A DNA stretch of 64,000 nucleotides from Trueperaceae bacterium (GCA_965213925.1 OZ243927.1:192001-256000); one strand, 5' to 3'; shown: positions 32,343-42,074, numbered from the stretch's first letter. Notes: generated by a model from the letters alone, not told the origin. Made by a program: numbers and translations.

Positions 32343-32963
32343 ATGGCGATTGAAACCACGAGCTACGCAGCAAAAGCGCCCCAGGCCGATACCCCGCAGT
32401 CCGACACCGCGCAGCGCATCTCAACATTGGCGCTGCGGCGCTTTCTCACCGAGGGCTATAGCAACGTCCCGGTGGACGCACTGAGCCGCGAGCTTCGCAT
32501 CAGTAAAAAGACGCTCTACGAGCACTTCAGCAGTAAAGAGGCGCTTTTCCAATACGCGCTAGAGCAGTATCTGGAGAGCTTTCAGACGGACATCGAGCGG
32601 ACTGTTCAGGGTGAGAGAGCATTTCACAGCAAGTTAGAGAGGTTCTTGCAAGATGTGCACGCGCGCTTGGGGTGGCTCGAGGCGTCGGCTTTAGAGGACG
32701 TCAGCCGCAACGCGCCGCGGGTGTGGGACTACCTCGTGACGTTCCGGCGTGACACAGTGGGGCGTACGCTCGAAGTGCTTTTGGAGGAGGGCAAGCAGGA
32801 AGGTGTGCTGCGCCCGGACTTAGCAGCACCTTTAACCGTTGAACTGTTACTCGCGTCGCTCGAGGCGCTCACACGCCCCGAGCTGCTCCAGGCTCATGCG
32901 AAAAGCGCCCCGGAGATGGTGGCGTTCACAGTGCGTACGGTGATCGACGGCTGTACGAAGTGA
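32343..32963 (+). CDS. TetR/AcrR family regulator
   Basis: ISKKTLYEHFSSKEAL HTH. Confidence 0.9.
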   Translation: MAIETTSYAAKAPQADTPQSDTAQRISTLALRRFLTEGYSNVPVDALSRELRISKKTLYEHFSSKEALFQYALEQYLESFQTDIERTVQGERAFHSKLERFLQDVHARLGWLEASALEDVSRNAPRVWDYLVTFRRDTVGRTLEVLLEEGKQEGVLRPDLAAPLTVELLLASLEALTRPELLQAHAKSAPEMVAFTVRTVIDGCTK

Positions 32964-33034
32964 AGGCTGATAAGCCGCCGCACCTCCACGGCGGCGCTAC
33001 AATACGGCTTTGACACTCAAGTGGTTATTTTGTG

Positions 33035-33066
33035 TTGTGCGCCAGACACGCGCAACCGCCGCAGAA
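33035..33066. repeat. 32-bp site family, copy S7
   Basis: TTGTGCGCCAGAC ACGCGC AACCGCCGCAGAA, followed by an extra TTCTGCG half-arm at 33071. Confidence 0.75.
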
Positions 33067-33409
33067 AATTTTCTGCGAGGTAGTCTTTAAGCAGAGCACG
33101 TTTGGGTAAGCGTAGAACACCTTTTCGGCTACTCAATTAGGGCGTACGTATGCACGCCAATTCTTTGGAAGAAGTCGCTGTGAACCTTTCGAAACGAAAA
33201 CAGAGTCCGCTCGAAGAGGGTATAAAGCCGAATTCTGTCCCTTGAAAAGCTGTATATCGAATGCGAATAGGACGTCACAAATCTACATGCGTAAGCCATC
33301 ACCTTGAAGGTGATGGACCAGCACCTGGTGCTTGTGGTAGCATAACAATAAGCATAGGTTATAACACAACTCTAAAAACAGCAGTTTGTTAAAATCAACT
33401 CTAAACACA

Positions 33410-34399
33410 ATGAACACGATCAGACAGAACATCCAGGGTCTCCACCACATCACCGTTATAGCGAGCGATCCGCAGCGTAACATCGACTTCTACGCGCGGG
33501 TGCTAGGACAACGCTTGGTCAAAACGACGGTGAATTTCGACGACCCCGGCACCTATCACCTCTACTACGGCGACGAGGTCGGCACGCCTGGCACGGTCAT
33601 GACCTTTTTCCCCTGGTTGCACGCCGTAAGGGGCGAGGTGGGCAACGGGGAGACGGCGGCGGTGGCTTACGGGGTTCCGGCGGGTTCGCTCGAGTACTGG
33701 CGAGGCAGACTCCGTGAGCACGAGATTGACTTCAGCAGGATCACGCGCTTCGGCCAGGACGGGCTCAGCTTTGACGACCCAGACGGGCTGAGGCTCGAGC
33801 TAGTCGCGCGCGAGGGCGCGGAGGTGCCGCAGTTTTGGTCGAACGGTCCTATTCCGAAAGAGCACGCCCTACGCGGCTTTCACAGCGTGACACTTTGGTT
33901 AGGGAAAAAAGACGCCACCGAAGACTTGCTCAATCAGCTCGGTTTTAGCAAGGTCGGTGAAGAGGCTGATGAGGAGGGAACGCGCACCCGTTACAAAGGT
34001 GGCGCAGACAGTGATTCAGGCGGCGTCGGGCTCTTCGTGGACATCGTGGAGCGTCCCGGTAAGTTTCCCGGACGCTCTGGCGCGGGCACGGTCCACCACA
34101 TCGCGCTTCGGACTAAAAACGATGCGGAGCAAAGAGCCTATTTGGATTATCTGCGCGAAAGAGGACAACGCGTGACGCCCGTGCAGGACAGGCAGTACTT
34201 CCGCTCCATCTACTTCCGCGAGCCGGGCGGCGTGCTGTTCGAAATCGCCACGGACGCGCCCGGCTTTCCTGACGATGAGCCGGTAGAACGGCTAGGTAGC
34301 CAGCTCAAACTACCGGCGGGGCTCGAGCCTCACCGCGCCCAGATCGAAGCCAAGCTGCCGGAGATTCGGAACCCCGAGTACGGCGAGGTGACGCCGTGA
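33410..34399 (+). CDS. Ring-cleaving dioxygenase (MhqO/MhqA-like VOC family)
   Basis: GLHHIT, KTTVNFDDP.TYHLYYG, DRQYFRSIYFREPGGVLFEIAT. Confidence 0.95.
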   Translation: MNTIRQNIQGLHHITVIASDPQRNIDFYARVLGQRLVKTTVNFDDPGTYHLYYGDEVGTPGTVMTFFPWLHAVRGEVGNGETAAVAYGVPAGSLEYWRGRLREHEIDFSRITRFGQDGLSFDDPDGLRLELVAREGAEVPQFWSNGPIPKEHALRGFHSVTLWLGKKDATEDLLNQLGFSKVGEEADEEGTRTRYKGGADSDSGGVGLFVDIVERPGKFPGRSGAGTVHHIALRTKNDAEQRAYLDYLRERGQRVTPVQDRQYFRSIYFREPGGVLFEIATDAPGFPDDEPVERLGSQLKLPAGLEPHRAQIEAKLPEIRNPEYGEVTP

Positions 34400-35040
34400 G
34401 TCAGATTCATGAAAACCAGGAGGTCGTGACGGCGGGCAAGTCTTTGGAAGACGCGGACGCCGCGCTCATCCTCATTCATGGACGCGGCGCAACTGCGCGG
34501 AGCATGATTCCGCTGGCGGGAGCCTTAAACGCCGAAACTTTAGCGATTCTCGCGCCGCAAGCGGCGAACTACGCGTGGTATCCGCAACGCTTTACCGCGC
34601 CCAAAGCGCAGAACGAACCTCACCTTAGTTCGGCGCTCATCATGCTCACGCAGCTCGTTCAAGAGGTCGAGGACGCAGGCATCTTAAAAGACCGCCTCAT
34701 CCTCTCCGGTTTTTCACAGGGCGCGTGTCTGACAAGCGAATTCGCGGCGCAAAACCCGGCACGGTACGGCGGGCTGCTCATCTTTAGCGGCGGGCTTATT
34801 GGCGGCGAGATGGAGGTGTCCACGGAGATGTATTCGCCCTCGCTAGAAAACACGCCCGTCTTCATCGGTTGCAGCGACCGCGACCCGCATATCCCGCTCT
34901 CGCGCGTGCAGGAGACGACGCAGATTCTGACCTCTTTGGGCGCAGAGGTGACAGAAAAAATCTATCCAAATATGGCGCATACGATCAACGAGGATGAGTT
35001 GGTGCAGGCTAGGGAAGTCGTCGAGCGGTTAGTGGTGTAG
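34396..35040 (+). CDS. Phospholipase/carboxylesterase (alpha/beta hydrolase)
   Basis: HGRG, GFSQGA, DPHIP, terminal His; overlaps dioxygenase stop. Confidence 0.9.
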   Translation: MSQIHENQEVVTAGKSLEDADAALILIHGRGATARSMIPLAGALNAETLAILAPQAANYAWYPQRFTAPKAQNEPHLSSALIMLTQLVQEVEDAGILKDRLILSGFSQGACLTSEFAAQNPARYGGLLIFSGGLIGGEMEVSTEMYSPSLENTPVFIGCSDRDPHIPLSRVQETTQILTSLGAEVTEKIYPNMAHTINEDELVQAREVVERLVV

Positions 35041-35136
35041 AGAGATTTTTAATATGGTTTTCGGGTAATACGGTTTCCGGGTAGTTCCTACGGGAATGAC
35101 CCCGAACAAGGAGCCCTCAGCGAAAGGTGCTACCTT

Positions 35137-35820
35137 TCAATACTGAATTTTTCGCAGCGGTAGGCGCTCGCCTTGCGCTATCTCAGCCGTCATTGCTAGG
35201 AAAAGTTCAGCCGTAGCGAGCGCGTCAGCGAGCGCGTCGTGGCTTCTATAACGAGGTAGTTGGTGCTGCTCTCTAAGCGTGTAGAGCCGCAACGCCTCAG
35301 GGGTGAAAGGTTGAGCGCGCTGCTCTAAGCGGCGGCGCGCCAGCGCCAGGGTGTCGACCGCGTGGGCGAGGAAGGGCAGCCCGTAAAGGTGGCGGCACGC
35401 CGCGTTCAAAAAGCCCAGCTCGATGGGGGCGTGGTGCACGAGCAGCACTCGCCCGGTGAGCGCGTCGAGAACGGCGTCCAGGGCGGCTTTAGGCTCGAGC
35501 CCCTCGGCGAGCACGTCGTCAAAGAGCCCGTGAATCGTCGCGCTCTTTTCAACCGCTCGGGGCGTTTTGACGAGACCGTAGTTCGCCTCGCTGAGCCGAA
35601 TACGCGCGCCCTCCACGGGCAGATAGCCGAACGATAAAATCGCGTCGCGCTTAGGGCTGAGCCCTGTCGTCTCGAAGTCGAGCGCCAAGAAGCGCGCCTC
35701 GCGGTAGTCGAGGCGGGGCGAGGGGAAAGGTGTTTCTAGGTAGCGTTTCAGCGCACCCTCGGGCGCTTTGGCTAACAAGGTGCGGCGGCGCAGGTCGGTC
35801 CACCACGCTGTCATTCCCAC
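35137..35820 (-). CDS. DEDDh 3'-5' exonuclease (DnaQ-like)
   Basis: LDFETTGL, HDALADALATAELF. Confidence 0.9.
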   Translation of the reverse strand: MGMTAWWTDLRRRTLLAKAPEGALKRYLETPFPSPRLDYREARFLALDFETTGLSPKRDAILSFGYLPVEGARIRLSEANYGLVKTPRAVEKSATIHGLFDDVLAEGLEPKAALDAVLDALTGRVLLVHHAPIELGFLNAACRHLYGLPFLAHAVDTLALARRRLEQRAQPFTPEALRLYTLREQHQLPRYRSHDALADALATAELFLAMTAEIAQGERLPLRKIQY

Positions 35821-35843
35821 GCAGACCGCCGCGGAGCGAGCAT

Positions 35844-37655
35844 CTAAGCGAGTCGTCCCGCGCCGTAGCGCTCCGAAAGTGCCGCTTGCATCGTGCTTAC
35901 GATGTGAAAAGCGTCTTTGAGGTGACGGCGTTCGAAAGGGGAGAGGGTGTCGGGCGAGACGGCGTTGTCGGGTGCAGCGCCTGAACGTACCTGCTTAGCC
36001 TGGTGACGCAGCCGCACGTGACTGATGAACTCGAGCGCGCCCTTGAGATTCGAGGCACCTTCGCGGCTCAACGCTCCGTATTCAGCTGCGAGCGCTAAAC
36101 GCGCTTGCGTGTTCGCCTCCGCCACACCCGCCCCGAGCGCGTAAACCCGCGCTAGGTCGGTCACGGGCACGACGCCCCTGAATTTGAGGTTAAAGGTGCG
36201 CGTATGCTCACCGCTCGTCTCTAAGACGAACTGGCGAAAGAAGCCGAGCGGGGGCGCGTGCTCGAGTGCGTTTTTCGCCATATAGGCGAGAAATAAACTG
36301 TTCCTCTGGGTTTGCTCTAGCACCCCTCGCTGCAACGTCTCGGCGAGCACACCGTCGCCGCAAACGTGGCGCATGTCAAAGAAGATGCTGGCGTTTAAGA
36401 GCGCCTCGGGTTCCGGGTGGTCTAGCCACCTGCCGAAGTGTCGCTGCCAGGTGCTGAGCGGCGCGCGCCAGCGCGGGTTGGTCGCCATCACGTCACCGGG
36501 GCAGTAGGGGTAGCCGCAACGCGCCAAACCGTCCGACACGAAGCGGGCGAGCGCACCGAAGTAAGCCTCGTGTTCTTCCTCAACCTCATCGGAGAGGACG
36601 AGCGCGTGGTCCTGGTCGGAGTGGGCGCTCGCCTCCTGCCGCGCTTGTGAGCCTAAAACGAGCCAACTGTAAGGAACGGGCGGCGGACCCAACTCGCGCT
36701 CGGCGAGGTCTAAAAGTCTTACCGTAACGGCGTCTTTAACGCTCGAGAGCATCTTCATCACGTCTTCGGCGGCGACGCCCGCGCCCTCCAGCGTGACGAG
36801 AAGCTGCGGCGTGCGCCCGCTTATTCGTCCCAGCCCCGCCACATCCTCCTGCTTAAAAACGTCGCCGACGAGATAGACGGGGCTCGAGGCTTGCAGCCGC
36901 AGTAGGTCGGTCGAGGTGACCATGCCGATGAGCTTGCCCTTTTCGGTCACGGGTAGGTGGTGGATATTGCGCCGCGTCATAGTGAGGAGCGCGTCTAAAG
37001 CGTGCGCCTCGCCGGGGAGGGTGGCGGGACCTGGCGTCATTACCTCCCCTACGGGCGTACCGAAAGAGAGGCCTTGCGCTACGACCCGGCTCCGCAAATC
37101 GCGGTCGGTCAAGATGCCCACCAAACGCTCGCCTTCGGTAATAAGCAGCGATGAGACCCTTACCTGATTCATCTGCGCGGCAGCTTCGCGCAGCGTCATC
37201 GTCCGCGTGCCCGTGATGGGCGCTCGAGCCGTGAGGTCTTTTAAGCGCGTCGTTAAGACGGCGTCACTTTGGATATTACCGAGCGCGAGTTGAACCCGTT
37301 CGTCTGGCGCACCGAAAAAGTGCTCGAAGCCAGGTTCGCTGCTAATTTTTTGAAAGAGAGGTTCGGGAACGAGGTAGAGCAGCGTGTCTTCGGCGGCGAG
37401 CGCACGCCGCGAGGTCGCGCCGACGAAGCTCTCTCCCTCACCGTAACGCTCTAAAAATGCGCCTCGCTCGTCCCTCACTTCGACTGCGCCTGAACGCACG
37501 ACGAAGAGGGGAACGTCCTCCTCTAAAACCGTACCCCGCCGCGCGTAGGTGATTTCTAATCCCCTTACGACCTCCTTGAGAAGAGGGGCGGGCAGAGCGT
37601 CAAAAGGTGCGTGTGCGGTGAGAAAGTCGCGCACTTCGGTAAGTTCAACACTCAT
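35844..37655 (-). CDS. cNMP-CBS-DUF294 nucleotidyltransferase-like signal protein
   Basis: GILTDRDLR CBS pair, LGSQARQE..SDQDHAL, CPGDVMATNP.W. Confidence 0.9.
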   Translation of the reverse strand: MSVELTEVRDFLTAHAPFDALPAPLLKEVVRGLEITYARRGTVLEEDVPLFVVRSGAVEVRDERGAFLERYGEGESFVGATSRRALAAEDTLLYLVPEPLFQKISSEPGFEHFFGAPDERVQLALGNIQSDAVLTTRLKDLTARAPITGTRTMTLREAAAQMNQVRVSSLLITEGERLVGILTDRDLRSRVVAQGLSFGTPVGEVMTPGPATLPGEAHALDALLTMTRRNIHHLPVTEKGKLIGMVTSTDLLRLQASSPVYLVGDVFKQEDVAGLGRISGRTPQLLVTLEGAGVAAEDVMKMLSSVKDAVTVRLLDLAERELGPPPVPYSWLVLGSQARQEASAHSDQDHALVLSDEVEEEHEAYFGALARFVSDGLARCGYPYCPGDVMATNPRWRAPLSTWQRHFGRWLDHPEPEALLNASIFFDMRHVCGDGVLAETLQRGVLEQTQRNSLFLAYMAKNALEHAPPLGFFRQFVLETSGEHTRTFNLKFRGVVPVTDLARVYALGAGVAEANTQARLALAAEYGALSREGASNLKGALEFISHVRLRHQAKQVRSGAAPDNAVSPDTLSPFERRHLKDAFHIVSTMQAALSERYGAGRLA

Positions 37656-37688
37656 GATGCTTCTATCATGCCATAGAGGGAAAACTCG

Positions 37689-38189
37689 TCACCCTGACAA
37701 GAGCTGCAAAAACTGCGCCTGAAAGAACATGACCGTGATTCCGTAGACGGTGTGCCCGATGACGAACGACAAGACGAGCGTAAAGGCGTCGCGGTATTCG
37801 GGTACGGGGTGAAAGTCGGTGACGATAAAGCTGGTTATGAGCGAGACGAAGATGCCGTGCCCCATGCCGCCCACTAAGCCTGCCAACGGAAAGAAGAGGT
37901 TGATGGGCACAGCCGAGCGCCGAAAGATAGTGTAGTCCGGTGCGCTAAACGCGCCCTCGGTCAGCATGAGGACGAAAAACCCGTAGAAGAAGGCGAAGAG
38001 AATCCCGCCCGTGAAGAGCAAAATCGCCCCGATGAGCTGCGCGCGCCGGTCTATACGCTGAGTAAAGATGCCGCCCAAGCCGCCTAACGTGTCGTAGTAG
38101 AGCCCGTTCCATAAAGTCGGCAAGTAGAGAAACATGATCATGACCGTGGTGCCGATAAGCCCCGAAGCGACGCTGGATAAAAAAAGCAT
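37689..38189 (-). CDS. Membrane protein co-transcribed with ba3 oxidase (candidate assembly factor)
   Basis: About 4 TM helices with His residues; 9 bp below the cbaA stop. Confidence 0.6.
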   Translation of the reverse strand: MLFLSSVASGLIGTTVMIMFLYLPTLWNGLYYDTLGGLGGIFTQRIDRRAQLIGAILLFTGGILFAFFYGFFVLMLTEGAFSAPDYTIFRRSAVPINLFFPLAGLVGGMGHGIFVSLITSFIVTDFHPVPEYRDAFTLVLSFVIGHTVYGITVMFFQAQFLQLLSG

Positions 38190-38198
38190 ACGCCCTCC

Positions 38199-39878
38199 TC
38201 ACCAAACCCTTGCGCCGGGGATAGGTACGTTGTCTATCATCATGTCCACAAGCGTCGGCCCGTAGGCGATAAGCACCAAAAGCACCGCCACCAAAAACCA
38301 CGCCCAGAGCGTGTCCAAAAGCCGCAGCATCCCCTGCGAGCGGAGTTCGACGGCTTCGACGAAGGGGATCGGTGGCACGTCACGCTCGGCGAGTGTCTTG
38401 CGGCGGAAGATCGTCACGAACAGCACCGTAAAGTAGAGGATCACCGCGACGAGCAAGATCACACCGCTGATGCCCGTGATGAGGCGCGGGACTGCGGCGC
38501 TGCTATATACACCCTCCAAGTTCGGTAAGAGGTTCGAGACCTGTGCCCGCCTCGGTACACCTAGGAGCCCTTGCCAGTGCATCCCCAGCGCGAAGACCAT
38601 CATGCCCACAAACCAGGTCCAACTCGCCCAGAGCGCCAGCCGGTTCGAGAATAAGGGCTTTTTGACGAGGTGCGGGACGAGCCAGAAGGTGATGCCGAAG
38701 AAGGTCAGCGTGGTGGCTGTCCCGACTGTGATGTGAAAGTGCCCCGGCACCCAGGTTGTGTTATGGATGAGCGCGTTCATGTTGAAGCTCGCATTGACGA
38801 TGCCGCCCGCGCCGCCGAAGATAAAAGAGATCATGGCTAAGACCTGCGCGGTAAACGCCGCTTTGCCCCAGGGCAGCTTTTTGATCCAGCCGAGTGCCCC
38901 TGTACCCCCGTTCGCTCGCGCCCCCATCTCCATCGAGGCGGCAACCGTAAAGGCGGTGAGCATACTCGGGATGCCCACGAACATCGTCAAGAGCGAGTGC
39001 ACCATCTTCCAGGCCGCCGGGATGCCAGGGTCGGTGAACTGGTGGTGGAAGCCGACGGGCGTCGAAAAGAGCAAAAAGAGCAAGAAGGCGAGCCGCGCCA
39101 ACGAGTCCGACAGGAGCTTGCCGCCCGCCTGTTTGGGGATGAGCGCGTACCAGGAGATGTAGGCAGGTAAGAGCCAGAAGTAGACAATCGGATGTCCGGT
39201 GTACCAGAAGAGCGTGCGGGCTAAAAGGGGGTCCACCCCTTCGCGGAGCCCGAGCGACCAGGGGATGAGGAGCACGACGACTTCGACCACGATACCCACC
39301 GAAGCGAGCAGCCACATGCTCCAGGTGATGACGCTCATGTAGGTGACTAAGGGCGTGACCTCGCCCGGGTTCTCGCGCTTCCAACGCTGCCGCAAGCGGA
39401 TGACCTCGCTGCCGATCATGAGGCTACCTACCACCACGAGCGCCAAACCGGTATAGAAGCCCCAGTGCCCTTGAAGGGGTGGGTAAAACGTGTACAAAAC
39501 GGACGAAGTGTTCGCGATGATCGCCGCGCCCGCCATAACGAGCCCGACCATCATGATCCCGTACGCACCCCAGACCCAGGTCATGTTGGGGCGCAGGTCG
39601 AGTTCTCTCGCGGGCAGGTAGAGGAGCAAGCCACAGTTGAAAAAGGTCGTGAAGACGAGCGCGTTCAAGACGCCGTGCAGCGTCAGCCCTTGGTAGTACG
39701 AGGCGAGAAAGGGCAGGCGGTCGTAAAGGTTGATGCCGGCGTAGTTAAGGGCTTGCAGCGGTCCGATGAGCGCCCCAACTAAAAGCGCGATGAGACCCGT
39801 TAAAAGAAAGGCGAAGGTGACGCGCTTCAAGGGGTCAGCGAGCGCGACTCGAGCAATCGGTGAGGTAGCAACAGCCAT
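38199..39878 (-). CDS. cbaA: B-family (ba3-type) cytochrome c oxidase subunit I
   Basis: YYQGLTLHGVLNA, GHPIVYFWLLPAY, GFHHQF.DPG, WVPGHFH. Confidence 0.95.
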   Translation of the reverse strand: MAVATSPIARVALADPLKRVTFAFLLTGLIALLVGALIGPLQALNYAGINLYDRLPFLASYYQGLTLHGVLNALVFTTFFNCGLLLYLPARELDLRPNMTWVWGAYGIMMVGLVMAGAAIIANTSSVLYTFYPPLQGHWGFYTGLALVVVGSLMIGSEVIRLRQRWKRENPGEVTPLVTYMSVITWSMWLLASVGIVVEVVVLLIPWSLGLREGVDPLLARTLFWYTGHPIVYFWLLPAYISWYALIPKQAGGKLLSDSLARLAFLLFLLFSTPVGFHHQFTDPGIPAAWKMVHSLLTMFVGIPSMLTAFTVAASMEMGARANGGTGALGWIKKLPWGKAAFTAQVLAMISFIFGGAGGIVNASFNMNALIHNTTWVPGHFHITVGTATTLTFFGITFWLVPHLVKKPLFSNRLALWASWTWFVGMMVFALGMHWQGLLGVPRRAQVSNLLPNLEGVYSSAAVPRLITGISGVILLVAVILYFTVLFVTIFRRKTLAERDVPPIPFVEAVELRSQGMLRLLDTLWAWFLVAVLLVLIAYGPTLVDMMIDNVPIPGARVW

Positions 39879-39917
39879 ACAGTGTAGTCTCCAGTCTCTA
39901 GCGATGTTTACTGGTAT

Positions 39918-40916
39918 TTATTGAGGAAGCTCGAGCCCCTGACGCAGTTCGTACATTTCATCCGGTGCGAGCCCTTGGTCGCGCAGCGGGGCGACATCCT
40001 CTTCGGTGTAGGGGGTAAAGTCTTCTAACAGCGCTTCGTTGTCCCACGCGGTTACGATGTAATTCAAAACTTCGGCGATCTCGTCGTTGCCGAGCTGCCT
40101 CCAGGCGGGCATCTGGCCGTTGTAGGACTCGCCTAAGGCGTCAATCTGTCCTTGCAAGCCGTAGAGCAAGAGGTTCGGTAAATAGTCCCTATCCGCGTTG
40201 TAGAGCCTTGCGGCGTGCTCGACCATCGGTGGCCAGACGCCCGCCATGCCCGAGCCGTCAGGTTGATGGCACGAGGCGCAGTTCACGCTGTAGACCCCTT
40301 CGCCGCTGCTGGTCGTGTCCATGCCGACTTCTACACCACCGCCCTGATTCGCGAGCGCCTCGCTCGTCGCGGCGGCGTACGCAGGTGGCTGTAATACCCG
40401 TACGGTCGCCATCATGTTCTGGTGCCCGACGCCGCAATACTGGTTGCACAAAAACCTGTACTCGCCCGGCTCCTCAAAGGTGTAAGAGAAGCTCGAGACT
40501 TCGCCCGGCACCACCTCGACGTTGATGTTGGTATCCAAGACCTGAAAGCCGTGGATGACGTCGCGGCTCGTCAGAAAGAAGTCCACGTCTGCGCCGACCG
40601 GCAAGATGATCTCTGAGGGCTGAAAGCTGTAGGTGTAAGCGATTACCGACACCTGATACTTGCCGAGCGCCAGCGCGCGCACGCCGGGCTGTTCGAAAAG
40701 CGGACTGCTGGTAATCACCTCGGGTTGCGCGCGGGAACTGCGCTGGGCAATATGTGTGCCCTCCACCCAAAGCGAATAGGCGATGAGCATCACAAACATC
40801 AGGGACAAAAACCCTGAAACGGCCAGCCAGCGGCGCTCCCAACGTTCGACGCGCGCGTGCACGGCGTGCTCATCTAGGGGGGATTGTTCGGTAGGCGTAG
40901 GGTCCGCCACGCTCAA
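39918..40916 (-). CDS. cbaB: ba3-type oxidase subunit II (CuA) with fused C-terminal cytochrome c
   Basis: DVIHGF, CNQYCGVGHQNM (CuA); CASCH and GQMP (heme c). Confidence 0.9.
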   Translation of the reverse strand: MSVADPTPTEQSPLDEHAVHARVERWERRWLAVSGFLSLMFVMLIAYSLWVEGTHIAQRSSRAQPEVITSSPLFEQPGVRALALGKYQVSVIAYTYSFQPSEIILPVGADVDFFLTSRDVIHGFQVLDTNINVEVVPGEVSSFSYTFEEPGEYRFLCNQYCGVGHQNMMATVRVLQPPAYAAATSEALANQGGGVEVGMDTTSSGEGVYSVNCASCHQPDGSGMAGVWPPMVEHAARLYNADRDYLPNLLLYGLQGQIDALGESYNGQMPAWRQLGNDEIAEVLNYIVTAWDNEALLEDFTPYTEEDVAPLRDQGLAPDEMYELRQGLELPQ

Positions 40917-41065
40917 CCCCGCGCGAAGTTCAAGAAGTACATCCCGAACCAGGTCACTAAGATCACCGCCGCGAGAAAGGTGGTTACCAAGATAGCCCCG
41001 ACGGGGCGCGGCGCGCGCTCCTCTCGACGTTCTTTTGGCTTAGTTTCGGCTTGCTCGTCGTTCAT
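40913..41065 (-). CDS. cbaD: ba3-type oxidase subunit IIa (50 aa; absent from the ORF track)
   Basis: MNDEQ...PVGAILVTTFLAAVILVTWFGMYFLNFARG; AAGGAG RBS; stop overlaps the cbaB TTG start. Confidence 0.85.
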   Translation of the reverse strand: MNDEQAETKPKERREERAPRPVGAILVTTFLAAVILVTWFGMYFLNFARG

Positions 41066-41186
41066 ATTCTTCTCCTTTACGCTCATTCAGTAGAGTGTCG
41101 CCATGCGGCGGAAGGGGACCTACCACTGCGGCTCACTTTCTGAACTCAAGCTGCCGCCCAGCATATGAGGTTTCGCGTCCAGGACG

Positions 41187-41227
41187 TGTCCGAACTGCTC
41201 TGACACGGTGTGGGAAAAAGTCCTACA
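41187..41227. promoter_or_regulatory. Tandem 19-bp palindromic boxes upstream of the cba operon
   Basis: TGTCCGA-N5-TCTGACA and TGTGGGA-N5-TCCTACA. Confidence 0.55.
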
Positions 41228-41267
41228 AACTGGGATTGGGATTATGTCAGCGGGTAGAGTCCTAGGG

Positions 41268-41309
41268 CAAAAAGAACGAGGTGCGTAGGAGACCCCCGCA
41301 CCTCTTTTT
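41268..41309 (-). terminator. Intrinsic terminator of the response regulator gene
   Basis: GAGGTGCG/CGCACCTC stem with T-tracts on both sides. Confidence 0.6.
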
Positions 41310-41340
41310 CTACATTGAGCCATCATCTCATAGACGGCAC

Positions 41341-41973
41341 TTAACTCAACATGTTCTGCTCCAGCGCCCACCTGACTAGCTCCGCCCGCGTCTTGAGCCC
41401 GAGCTTCTCCGCCGCCCGCTCGCGGTAGGTCGCCACCGTCTTCTCGCTGATGCCGATAACGTGGGCGATCTCCTTATAGGTGCGCCCGTGCGCGATATGC
41501 TCGACGACTTCTAGCTCTCTATGGGTGAGCTTCACGTTGCGGTAGGGGTCGGGTTCCGCCATCTCTTTAGCGAGTTCAGACAGGAGTTTAGCAGGTGCAT
41601 AGTATTCACCCCGCGATACGGCGGCAATCGCGTCTAAAAGCTGCGTCTCGACCGCGCTTTTAGGCACGTAGCCTGACCCGCCCGCTTCTAAAAAGCCCTG
41701 GACGTACTCGGGCTCTTCGTGCATGGAAAGCGCGATAAAGCGCGTTGCGGGAACCTGTGGGCGCAGGGCTCGAGTCGTCTCGATACCGGAAAGCCCCGGC
41801 AAGGTCAAGTCACACACGACGATATCGGGTGCGATCTGTGGCACCTTCTCCAACGCTTCCTCGCCGCTCTCCGCCTCACCGACGACCTCGATATTCTTGG
41901 ACTCCAAGAGCATCCGAATGCCGGAGCGCACCACAGCGTGATCGTCGATTAAGAAGACTTTTAAGTGTTGCAT
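41341..41973 (-). CDS. NarL/LuxR-family response regulator
   Basis: DDHAVVR receiver, phospho-Asp in VVCDL, HTH LTHRELEV..ISEKTV. Confidence 0.95.
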   Translation of the reverse strand: MQHLKVFLIDDHAVVRSGIRMLLESKNIEVVGEAESGEEALEKVPQIAPDIVVCDLTLPGLSGIETTRALRPQVPATRFIALSMHEEPEYVQGFLEAGGSGYVPKSAVETQLLDAIAAVSRGEYYAPAKLLSELAKEMAEPDPYRNVKLTHRELEVVEHIAHGRTYKEIAHVIGISEKTVATYRERAAEKLGLKTRAELVRWALEQNMLS

Positions 41974-42031
41974 ATTAGGGAACTCCTCTGTCCTTACTTT
42001 AGGGCAGCATAGCGGATTCACTCGCCGCCTC

Positions 42032-42074
42032 TGTAGGAGAAAGTCTGACGGGGCGTGTCGGAATGTCGCTGATG
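42032..42074. promoter_or_regulatory. Second pair of the same boxes, upstream of the response regulator
   Basis: TGTAGGA-N5-TCTGACG and TGTCGGA-N5-GCTGATG. Confidence 0.45.
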
